Assembly (NCBI GenBank): GCA_945900795.1
Contig: CAMDJN010000001.1
Coordinates: forward strand, 1 to 62,137
Length of the DNA stretch: 62,137 bases
Direction of reading: 5' to 3'
From: Rickettsia typhi
GTDB taxonomy: Bacteria > Pseudomonadota > Alphaproteobacteria > Rickettsiales > UBA1997
Shown: in pieces, positions 1-7,470 of the stretch
Numbering within the stretch: the first letter of the stretch is position 1
How the letters are laid out: each line of letters opens with the position of its first letter
Program-made: the position numbers and the translations under genes
The notes under the pieces: generated by a model
Databases searched by the model: none
Told to the model about the DNA's origin: nothing
The model's input: only the letters and a program-made list of their open reading frames with translations

Positions 1-1
1 T

Positions 2-127
2 TCTCTCTACGAAATTCTACAGGTTTTGAGCGTGAATGTTTTTGAACGAACCCAAGTAAATAAGCTCTTCGCGGACTTTAACTACAAAAGTTGTGAGGAT
101 GATCATCGCCAAGGCTTGTTGTTCTAG
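2..127 (+). mobile_element. 3' end of a transposase-like ORF running off the left window edge (possible IS4-like tail)
   Basis: Open frame from the window edge: SLYEILQVLSVNVFERTQVNKLFADFNYKSCEDDHRQGLLF*. The L..LS..FE...(V/I)N.LF pattern resembles remembered C-terminal tails of IS4-type transposases. It is very short, so this is weak. Confidence 0.25.
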
Positions 128-243
128 GTCGGACGTTGGGACGCTAGTGATTCGAAACCGGAAGCGCCAGTGTTTGCCTTGACGGTTTCAATGGCTGTAT
201 CTTTAAATATTGCAGGTTTTGACATTGCACTCTCAAGTTAAGT

Positions 244-1338
244 TTAAAAAAATTTATTCATCACCCCAACAACTTCCTTGATATCTTCCTTGCTGTGGAA
301 GTAGGAAATAGGCAGACTTAGTGTTGTGTTGTGAATTTCTTCTGAGATCGAATAACTCTCTCCAGCAAAAATTTCTTTCATTGCCTTTTGTTGATGTGGC
401 GGAACTGGATAATGGATTTCGGTTTTGATGTTGTGGTCTAGCAGATGTTGACGTAAGCGGTCTCTCTCTTTGTGTCTGATGTTGAAAATGTGGTAAACAT
501 CGTAGTAATTTTCGTCAATAACCGGCTTGATGAATCTATCTGAAAGTTCAAGTTCTTCGAAATAAATTTTTGCCAATTCGTTTTTGTGGGAATTTATCTC
601 GTCGAGTTTTTTTAATTTTACGGATAAAAATCCCGCCTGAACCTCATCCAGTCTTGAATTGTAGCCTATTAGTTCGTTGTAATATTTTGCATCAGAACCG
701 TAATTTCTAAGTTTTTTTAGAATCTTCAAAAAACTCTCATCATCTACCGTGATTGCTCCCGCGTCACCAATTGCCCCTAAATTTTTTGTCGGATAAAAAC
801 TGAATGCGCCGAAATCGCCAAAACTTCCAGCCATTCTGTTTTTGTATTTTGCGCCGTGAGCTTGAGCAGTATCTTCGATTAATTTTAGATCATGTTTCTT
901 ACAAATATTCATGATCGGATCCATGTCACAGCACTTTCCGTAAAGGTGCACAACCATTATTGCCTTGGTTTTATCGGTAATTTTTTCTTCGATTTTTGTT
1001 GGATCAATGTTGTAAGTTTTAATGTCTGGCTCAACTAAAACAGGCTTCAAACCATTTTGTAAAATAGCTAGAATAGTCGCGATGTAGGTGTTGGAAGGAA
1101 CGATCACCTCACTTCCTTTCGGAAGGTTAAGAGCGTTGAGCGAAAGAATTAATGCGTCCAATCCAGAAGCTACGCCAATGCAATATTTTCTTCCAGAATA
1201 TTTTGAGAATTCTTCTTCAAATTTTGTAACATTGGTGCCAAGGATGTACCAGCCGCTGGCAAGAGTTTTTGCAAACGAAGATTCGTAATCCTTAAAAAAA
1301 GATTGGTTAAGTTTTTGTAAATTTTCGTATTCAATCAT
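244..1338 (-). CDS. DegT/DnrJ/EryC1/StrS-family PLP-dependent sugar aminotransferase
   Basis: 364-aa ORF. The N-terminal [26 protein letters not shown] and [16 protein letters not shown] motifs are typical of this family. Confidence 0.85.
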   Translation of the reverse strand: MIEYENLQKLNQSFFKDYESSFAKTLASGWYILGTNVTKFEEEFSKYSGRKYCIGVASGLDALILSLNALNLPKGSEVIVPSNTYIATILAILQNGLKPVLVEPDIKTYNIDPTKIEEKITDKTKAIMVVHLYGKCCDMDPIMNICKKHDLKLIEDTAQAHGAKYKNRMAGSFGDFGAFSFYPTKNLGAIGDAGAITVDDESFLKILKKLRNYGSDAKYYNELIGYNSRLDEVQAGFLSVKLKKLDEINSHKNELAKIYFEELELSDRFIKPVIDENYYDVYHIFNIRHKERDRLRQHLLDHNIKTEIHYPVPPHQQKAMKEIFAGESYSISEEIHNTTLSLPISYFHSKEDIKEVVGVMNKFF

Positions 1339-1458
1339 CCTTGCCTGGTTTGACTTTTATTTTTTATCCACTTAAGCCCTGCGCTTAGATTTGGAGCGGT
1401 TGTAAGAAGTGGTTGAAGTTCGTTTATTTGATAAACTGTTTTTTAAAATAATTTTTTT

Positions 1459-2445
1459 ATGGTGTCACCTCGTAAAGATCAGGATAATAAATTTTCTAAA
1501 AGTGAATTGTTAGAATTCTACCGTGAAATGCTTTTAATTCGTCGCTTTGAAGAGAAGGCGGGGCAGCTTTACGGCATGGGTTTGATAGCAGGATTCTGCC
1601 ATCTTTACATCGGGCAAGAAGCGATCGCCACCGGCATGCGTTCTACGATGATTGATGGTGACAAAGTCATCACGACTTACCGTGATCACGGACACATGAT
1701 TTCTGCGGGAGCTGATCCAAAAAGAATCATGGCTGAGTTGCTTGGAAGGAGTGATGGATCCTCAAAAGGAAAAGGTGGATCAATGCATTTATTCGACACC
1801 GCTAAACATTTCTACGGCGGGCATGGAATTGTTGGAGCATCGGTTCCAATCGGCACGGGCCTTGCTTTTGCTGACAAATATCGTGGCAACAACAACGTGA
1901 CTTACTGCTATTTTGGTGATGGGGCTGCTAATCAAGGGCAGGTCTATGAAAGCTTCAACATGGCCAAGCTCTGGAACCTTCCGATACTATTCATCATTGA
2001 AAATAATCACTACGCAATGGGCACTTCACAAGCCCGCGCTTCCTCAATCGACGAGCTTCACAAACGTGGAGTTGGCTTCAATATTCCCGGCGTGAAAATT
2101 AATGGCATGGATGTTTTTGAAGTGATCAGAAACGGACAAGAATGTGTAAATTACGTTCGTGAAGGAAATGGTCCGATGATTGTTGAGATGGACACCTACC
2201 GTTACCGTGGACATTCAATGTCTGACCCCGCAACCTACAGAAGCAAAGAAGAGCTTAACTGCAAGAAGGAGCAAGACCCAATCGATTCCATCCGTACTCA
2301 CATTCTAACCAGCAAAATCGCTACTGAAGCTGATATTCAAAAAATTGATGATGAGATCAAAAAGCAAGTTAGCGATGTTGTTGAATTCGCGAAGAATAGT
2401 CCCGAGCCTGCTGAGTCGGAGCTCATGACTGAAATTTACAACTAG
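1459..2445 (+). CDS. pdhA: Pyruvate dehydrogenase E1 component, alpha subunit
   Basis: 328 aa. It has the ThDP-binding GDGA.NQG motif (YCYFGDGAANQGQVYES), plus RDHGH and YRYRGHSMSDP. Confidence 0.95.
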   Translation: MVSPRKDQDNKFSKSELLEFYREMLLIRRFEEKAGQLYGMGLIAGFCHLYIGQEAIATGMRSTMIDGDKVITTYRDHGHMISAGADPKRIMAELLGRSDGSSKGKGGSMHLFDTAKHFYGGHGIVGASVPIGTGLAFADKYRGNNNVTYCYFGDGAANQGQVYESFNMAKLWNLPILFIIENNHYAMGTSQARASSIDELHKRGVGFNIPGVKINGMDVFEVIRNGQECVNYVREGNGPMIVEMDTYRYRGHSMSDPATYRSKEELNCKKEQDPIDSIRTHILTSKIATEADIQKIDDEIKKQVSDVVEFAKNSPEPAESELMTEIYN

Positions 2446-2515
2446 AGACTCTCGATAATTTAATTACACCAAACAATATGACTAAGAATAAAGGTAAAGG
2501 AGTTCGCGTTGCAAA

Positions 2516-3358
2516 TTGGTACTGACTATTCAAATGGGGGGGGGTGTCACGTCAACAAATGGGGGTACGCCACTTTCTAAAAAAGTTGAGCCCTCGAGCC
2601 AGACTAATTTACCGAGTCAGGAAACGACAAACATGGACTTGCAGCCCACAGATACAAACACAGGTACAATCACAAATAAGGGCGATGGGAATAAAGAGGT
2701 AGGTTCAAAGCAGCTAGATGAAAAAAACAAAGGTGTGGACGATGGGGTGAAAGATAAGGGTGGGGATGGTAAGGAGGAAGAGGGTGATAAGGCGGCGAAT
2801 ATTTTTCTGATGATTGGTGGAGCGCTACTAATGCTAACTTGCATACTACTGATTTTTTTTGCTCCAGCTTTAGGTATAGCGGCTTTTGTGCCAGCTTTGG
2901 AAGGGGCGGCTGTAACTGGAGGGGTCGCGCTTGTTGGCGGGGCTGCTAGCAAACTTTTTAAAGAAAATCCAGATTCAAATAATGAAGTTGACAACAAATC
3001 ACCTAGGCCGGATGTAGAAAAAGGTAGAGGAAAAGAGTTAGAAACTGGACTAGACCACAGTCTAGCAACTAATTCAAAAGATGGTAAGGGGCCGGGTCAC
3101 AAAGTAGATCAGGATTCAGGTCAAAGTAATCCCTACGGTGCTACCCATGAACAATTGAAAGAATTTGATATAAATCACCCTTTTATGACTCAGGAAGATG
3201 AGAAGGCGGCGAGGGTGGAGGCACTTAAACAAGCAATAGATTCAGGGATAATGAGAGATCTATCATCTACTACAGCAGAGGGTGGAAATGAAGGTACATC
3301 ACCGCGAGCACCGACCTTTGCCGCGAGTGGTCAAGGTAGTATAAATATGAATAGATGA
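2516..3358 (+). CDS. Hypothetical membrane protein with a central bilobed hydrophobic domain. The likely real start is ATG 2534, which is followed directly by a G9 tract
   Basis: The ORF in the track begins at TTG; the first ATG is at 2534. Low-complexity G/K/D/E-rich N-terminal part, then about 55 hydrophobic residues (IFLMIGGALLMLTCILLIFFAPALGIAAFVPALEGAAVTGGVALVGGAA). The C-terminal tail is shared with ORF 3718-4518. Confidence 0.55.
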   Translation: MVLTIQMGGGVTSTNGGTPLSKKVEPSSQTNLPSQETTNMDLQPTDTNTGTITNKGDGNKEVGSKQLDEKNKGVDDGVKDKGGDGKEEEGDKAANIFLMIGGALLMLTCILLIFFAPALGIAAFVPALEGAAVTGGVALVGGAASKLFKENPDSNNEVDNKSPRPDVEKGRGKELETGLDHSLATNSKDGKGPGHKVDQDSGQSNPYGATHEQLKEFDINHPFMTQEDEKAARVEALKQAIDSGIMRDLSSTTAEGGNEGTSPRAPTFAASGQGSINMNR

Positions 3359-3360
3359 TA

Positions 3361-3443
3361 CTGACCAAAATTTACAATTAATCCAAACCAACATGACACT
3401 CAGAAAATTAACAGTTAGGGAAGCCTTACGCGAAGCCATCTAG
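3361..3443 (+). pseudogene. Duplicated pdhB leader plus first 16 codons (decoy pdhB start), ended by TAG
   Basis: 3361-3440 aligns almost base for base with 4529-4608, the genuine pdhB upstream region and start. It encodes [16 protein letters not shown] versus the genuine [19 protein letters not shown]. Confidence 0.85.
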
Positions 3444-3472
3444 AGTCTCTACTTTAATTACGCTAAATAACT

Positions 3473-3727
3473 ATGTCTAAAGAACTCAAACAAAAGTCTA
3501 AAGAACCCCAACAAAAGCCTAAAGAACCCCAACAAAAGCCCAGATTACTTAGCGATAAGATGGTTAGTAAACAGGAGCTTGAGGTGTATCTTCCTCTTTC
3601 ACAATTTTACGAAGACATGTCAGGCCTCACAAAAGAGCAAGAATCCAATCTGCTGGTTAATAGAGAGAAAGCGGAAGAGTATCAAAGAGAGGCGATAAAG
3701 ACTCAGGAAAATGGTGTATGCTTTTAG
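3473..3727 (+). CDS. Hypothetical protein with an N-terminal 7-aa (21-nt) tandem repeat
   Basis: 84-aa ORF with SKELKQK/SKEPQQK/PKEPQQK repeats. Its 5' flank is homologous to the flank after the pdhA stop. It overlaps the next ORF by 10 nt in another frame, so these may be two coupled genes or one frameshifted gene. Confidence 0.45.
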   Translation: MSKELKQKSKEPQQKPKEPQQKPRLLSDKMVSKQELEVYLPLSQFYEDMSGLTKEQESNLLVNREKAEEYQREAIKTQENGVCF

Positions 3728-4518
3728 AACAAGAATATCTGGTGCGCATGGTTAATTCTACTACAAATTACTCACGTTCTGCAAATAATCAGCAAGATAG
3801 TTATTCCCGGGAGATTATGGAACGAGAGAAGGATAACAAGAGAGCTGCAGAGGATCAAGTGATAAGTGGGATACAGAGAGATCAGGAAACCGAAATGGGA
3901 GATACTAAAGCTGAGTGGAGGCTTACAACCAATAACCTTGGTGAAGAGTCGATGCAACCTCAGAAAAAGAAAGATTATTTCATTAGCCATGGTTTTGGGA
4001 AAACAAATGTTAGAGAAACAGAAGGTCCTCTTCAATCGAGACCTGTAATAAATTATTACGCTCCGAAACAGTTCGCTTTTCATATGGAGGCTTCTGGATC
4101 AACACCGGGTTACAGTGTTGGTGATATTACAGTTATAACCAACGCTCAAATAATTAATAAAAAATTGCCCGAAGATCAAGAAGCAGAAAGAAAGAAACTG
4201 ACATGGGCAGATAAAGCAAAGGGTCTTTGGAATGATGGAGGCAAGACTCCTTGGCAGAGCATAAAGGCGATACTATCCCTGACATTTACAAAACAACCAG
4301 AAGAAGGTAAAAAAACTAATCAAGGCGCCGAAATGGGTGACTTTCAGAGTAATGAAGTGCAGAGGGAGGGGGCGATGGGGGGGGCACTTAAACAAGTAAG
4401 AGATTCAGGGATAATGGGAGATCTATCATCTACTACAGCAGATGGTGCGAAAGGAAATGGAGGTACATCATCGCCACCGACCGCTATCGCGACTAATAAT
4501 AAAGGTAGGGTAGTGTAA
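3718..4518 (+). CDS. Hypothetical protein; the C-terminal ~45 aa are paralogous to the tail of ORF 2516-3358
   Basis: 266-aa ORF. The tail ALKQVRDSGIMGDLSSTTADG... matches ALKQAIDSGIMRDLSSTTAEG... in the upstream ORF. A G8 tract lies at 4377-4384. Confidence 0.5.
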   Translation: MLLEQEYLVRMVNSTTNYSRSANNQQDSYSREIMEREKDNKRAAEDQVISGIQRDQETEMGDTKAEWRLTTNNLGEESMQPQKKKDYFISHGFGKTNVRETEGPLQSRPVINYYAPKQFAFHMEASGSTPGYSVGDITVITNAQIINKKLPEDQEAERKKLTWADKAKGLWNDGGKTPWQSIKAILSLTFTKQPEEGKKTNQGAEMGDFQSNEVQREGAMGGALKQVRDSGIMGDLSSTTADGAKGNGGTSSPPTAIATNNKGRVV

Positions 4519-4560
4519 ATAGATCATACTGACCAAAATTTACAATTAATCAAAACCAAT

Positions 4561-5553
4561 ATGACCCTCAGAAAACTAACAGTCCGTGAAGCCTTACGTG
4601 AAGCCATGACAGAAGAAATGCGCGCTAATCCAGAAGTTTTTGTGATGGGCGAAGAGGTTGCAGAGTACAATGGTGCCTACAAAGTTACGCAGGGACTGCT
4701 TGCGGAATTTGGTGAGAAGCGCGTGATTGACACTCCAATCACTGAGCATGGATTTGCAGGGCTTGGAGTCGGCGCAGCTTTTGCCGGCCTTACTCCAATC
4801 ATTGAATTCATGACCTTCAACTTTGCCATGCAGGCAATGGATCAAATCGTAAACTCTGCTGCAAAAACTAATTACATGTCGGGCGGACAAGTTCGTTGTC
4901 CAATTGTTTTTCGTGGACCAAACGGGGCAGCGTCTCGCGTTGGCGCTCAGCACTCGCAATGTTACGCCGCTTGGTATGGATCAATCCCTGGACTTAAAGT
5001 AATTTCTCCCTACAGCGCTGCTGATTGCAAAGGATTACTCAAGGCTGCAATTCGTGATCCAAATCCTGTAATTTTTCTTGAAAATGAAATCACCTACGGC
5101 CTCTCTTTCGAAGAGGATTACGATGATGATCATCTTGTTGAAATTGGCAAAGCAAAAGTTCTTCGTGAAGGAAAGGATGTGACAATAATCGCCTTTTCTT
5201 TAGTGGTAAAATATGCCCTTGAAGCCGCAGAAATTCTGGCTTCAAAAGGAATAGATGCAGAGGTAATTGACCTACGCACCATCCGCCCAATTGATCGCAA
5301 AACAATTGTTGAGTCGGTTAAAAAAACCTCACGCTGTGTAACGGTTGAGGAAGGATTTCCATTTGCTTCTGTAGGAAGTGAAATTGCTTCAATCTTGATG
5401 GAAGAGGCTTTCGATTACCTTGATGCCCCTGTAAAAAAACTTGCATCGGTTGATGCTCCACTACCTTACGCCGCAAATTTGGAGAAATTAGCCTTACCAA
5501 AAACTGAAAATATTGTTGCTGCTGTTGAAGAGATTTGCCGTGGGATTTTGTAA
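4561..5553 (+). CDS. pdhB: Pyruvate dehydrogenase E1 component, beta subunit
   Basis: 330 aa. [32 protein letters not shown] and the transketolase C-terminal region are typical of PdhB. Confidence 0.95.
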   Translation: MTLRKLTVREALREAMTEEMRANPEVFVMGEEVAEYNGAYKVTQGLLAEFGEKRVIDTPITEHGFAGLGVGAAFAGLTPIIEFMTFNFAMQAMDQIVNSAAKTNYMSGGQVRCPIVFRGPNGAASRVGAQHSQCYAAWYGSIPGLKVISPYSAADCKGLLKAAIRDPNPVIFLENEITYGLSFEEDYDDDHLVEIGKAKVLREGKDVTIIAFSLVVKYALEAAEILASKGIDAEVIDLRTIRPIDRKTIVESVKKTSRCVTVEEGFPFASVGSEIASILMEEAFDYLDAPVKKLASVDAPLPYAANLEKLALPKTENIVAAVEEICRGIL

Positions 5554-5577
5554 GGGATTTTATAAAAAATCGTTCAA

Positions 5578-5916
5578 ATGAAACAAAATTTTTTGTACAA
5601 GTTCATTAAACAAAATAATATCACTAAACCGACGTTTATCGGCTATTTCATAGCGATCGCGGTGGTTTTGTATTTTTCCTCTTTTACTATTTTTGGTGAG
5701 AAGGGTTTGATAAAATTATTTATCCTCAAACAACAAATCGCAGAAAAAAGTTCTTTAAAACACGAACTAAACTCTAAAGCTGCGGTAAAGAAAAACATGG
5801 TTGAAGGCATGAAACCAGAGTCTCTGGACATTGATTTATTGGACGAGCAAGCAAGAAGAGTTTTGGGATATGCTGGAAAGAATGAAGTGGTGGTTTACGA
5901 AGATAAGTCTAAATAA
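5578..5916 (+). CDS. ftsB: Septum formation initiator family protein (FtsB/DivIC-like)
   Basis: 112 aa with one N-terminal TM helix followed by a coiled-coil segment (GEKGLIKLFILKQQIAEKSSLKHEL). A pdh-adjacent position is common in alphaproteobacteria. Confidence 0.65.
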   Translation: MKQNFLYKFIKQNNITKPTFIGYFIAIAVVLYFSSFTIFGEKGLIKLFILKQQIAEKSSLKHELNSKAAVKKNMVEGMKPESLDIDLLDEQARRVLGYAGKNEVVVYEDKSK

Positions 5917-5925
5917 TTTGAACTG

Positions 5926-6534
5926 ATGATAATTCACGAATTGAAACGCAAATTATTTCACTTGCTGATCATTATTTTTCCTGTCACCTATTGCCTTGCC
6001 GGCAGATGGCCCAGCCTCCTACTCTTCTCCTCGTTAGGAATATTTGTTGTTTCATTCGACTATTTCCGTCACAAAAACCAATTCATTAATAATTTTTTTT
6101 GCAAGTTCTTTGGTTCGATATTGCGAGAGTACGAATTTAGCGGTAAAAGACTTTGTGGTGTAAGTTTTGTTTTCATCGCTGCATGCTTAAATTTTTTATT
6201 ATTTAAGACGGAAATTGCAGTTACAGCATTCTTCATTCTTGCGATTTCAGATGCCACCGCAGCACTGGTTGGTAAGATATTCTGTAGTTGGCCATTTTTT
6301 GAAAAATCATTTTTTGGTTCCCTAGCGTTTTTTGTTAGTGGGATTTTTATCTTGGTTACTTGTGGGATTATTTTTCACGTAGATTCCTGGTTTTACTTTT
6401 TTGGAATTTTTACCATAGCTTGTGTAACCATGCTGGAAGCGCGTCCAAGTCTAACCAAAATCGATGATAATTTTTTGATACCAATCGGATTTTCTACGAT
6501 ACTCGCCTTCTTCGACATCCTTTGGCATTACTGA
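5926..6534 (+). CDS. Polytopic membrane protein, dolichol kinase / phosphatidate cytidylyltransferase-like superfamily
   Basis: 202 aa, about 6 TM segments. The N-terminal ELKRKLFHLL motif resembles polyprenol/diacylglycerol kinase family proteins. Confidence 0.4.
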   Translation: MIIHELKRKLFHLLIIIFPVTYCLAGRWPSLLLFSSLGIFVVSFDYFRHKNQFINNFFCKFFGSILREYEFSGKRLCGVSFVFIAACLNFLLFKTEIAVTAFFILAISDATAALVGKIFCSWPFFEKSFFGSLAFFVSGIFILVTCGIIFHVDSWFYFFGIFTIACVTMLEARPSLTKIDDNFLIPIGFSTILAFFDILWHY

Positions 6535-6677
6535 TAAACGTAGAGCCTGTATCGTGAGAAGGAATCTTTACTAAACGCAGGAAAGAGCTCAACAAAATGT
6601 TGGATGAGATCAATAAGTTGGCGCAGAAATGGCGCAACTCTAAAGCATCCTAAACGATGAAACTAAAATCTCCTAAA

Positions 6678-6819
6678 GGGAATCTCTAAAAATTAGATTT
6701 TTTTTTAGAAATTTTTAGGCAACAAATTTTCGAGCAGGTAAGCGTACTTAGAGGTACGTGCTCGCGAGAAAATTTGGTAACAACAAAATTTACAAAAAAA
6801 ACAATTTTTAGAGGTTCCC
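6678..6819. mobile_element. Palindromic MITE-like element, family A, copy A1 (subfamily 1)
   Basis: Near-identical to 58508-58659. Ends are gggaatctctaaaaatt ... aatttttagaggttccc, with the core gcgagcaggtaagcgtacttagaggtacgtgctcgcgag. Confidence 0.8.
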
Positions 6820-6841
6820 TAAAGTTCTTTTTCCATTTTTT

Positions 6842-7027
6842 ATGGCCCTAGTCATGGCCTTAGTAATGTCTGGTTTTATGATTTTAATCAATGTTGGCTT
6901 TGTGTAGGGATTCTTTTTTATTTGGATGAGATCTTTTATTTTTGGCTTCTGCGTTGCCTTTCCAACTGCATTTTTTTTAGCACCACTCGTTCAGAGAATG
7001 GTTAAAAAAATCTGCGATGGAAAATGA
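6842..7027 (+). pseudogene. DUF2798-like membrane protein remnant with an in-frame TAG
   Basis: Translates to MALVMALVMSGFMILINVGFV*GFFFIWMRSFIFGFCVAFPTAFFLAPLVQRMVKKICDGK*. This is the DUF2798-like pattern interrupted by a stop. Confidence 0.55.
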
Positions 7028-7152
7028 ATATTTTGCCAGCAATTTTCTTCGGACATGGCAATCCGATGAATGCGATTGAAGAAAATTTTTACACTTTTAA
7101 CAGCGCAATTGATCTCGGATCAATCTCGATGCTTAGTGTAATTGCTGGTTAA
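7024..7152 (+). pseudogene. 4,5-DOPA dioxygenase extradiol (YgiD-like) remnant: the N-terminus is fused to the C-terminal tail by a large internal deletion
   Basis: The 42-aa ORF MNILPAIFFGHGNPMNAIEENFYTFN... matches the YgiD N-terminus (PALFLGHGSPMNVLEDNLYT). It then jumps to a C-terminal-like GSISMLSVIAG*. The full-length family is about 260 aa. Confidence 0.55.
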
Positions 7153-7155
7153 TTT

Positions 7156-7380
7156 ATGGCAAAATTTACGATCAGAAAATTACAAGAAAGAGGCTTCTTT
7201 AAGAATGGCTGGCTTAAGTCTTGCCACACATTTTCTTTTGCCGATTATTATGATCCGAAGCTCGTGAGTTTTCAATCGTTGCGGGTGATTAATGAGGATT
7301 TTATTGAGCCAAAAAAAGGGTTTGATTTTCATCCTCACAATAACAGGGAGATCATCACTGCTCGAAAATTTGTTGCCTAA
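7156..7380 (+). pseudogene. Pirin (YhhW-like) N-terminal fragment truncated by a half MITE
   Basis: ERGFFKNGWLKSCHTFSFADYYDPKLVSFQSLRVINEDFIEPKKGFDFHPHNNREIIT aligns with E. coli YhhW residues up to HPHKDMEILT. The reading frame then continues into MITE sequence (ARKFVA*). Confidence 0.8.
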
Positions 7381-7416
7381 AAATTTCTCAAAAAAATCTA
7401 ATTTTTAGAGCCTCCC
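7358..7416. mobile_element. Half copy of the family A MITE (left arm, inverted) abutting the pirin fragment
   Basis: ctgctcgaaaatttgttgcctaaaaatttctcaaaaaaatctaatttttagagcctccc is the reverse complement of the left arm of A1/A2. Confidence 0.7.
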
Positions 7417-7470
7417 TTGTTTCGAAAACCTTCTTCTGACTTCACAACTTTCCGATTTTAAGCCTTATTC

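Noticed and set aside
100-180. gattcgaaacc (T-loop-like) motif, which might indicate a tRNA; a similar gattcgaac lies inside MITE copies A5 and A6
   Set aside because: No flanking T stem, acceptor stem or anticodon arm can be folded on either strand.
2617-2997. 126-aa antisense ORF inside ORF 2516-3358
   Set aside because: It is a low-complexity mirror of the G/A-rich sense strand. It has no independent signal, and the sense ORF has the conserved tail and flank structure.
6540-6660. Short open frame ...KELNKMLDEINKLAQKWRNSKAS* after the membrane-protein gene, possibly a toxin-antitoxin or other gene remnant
   Set aside because: It is too short, has no start context and carries no recognisable motif.
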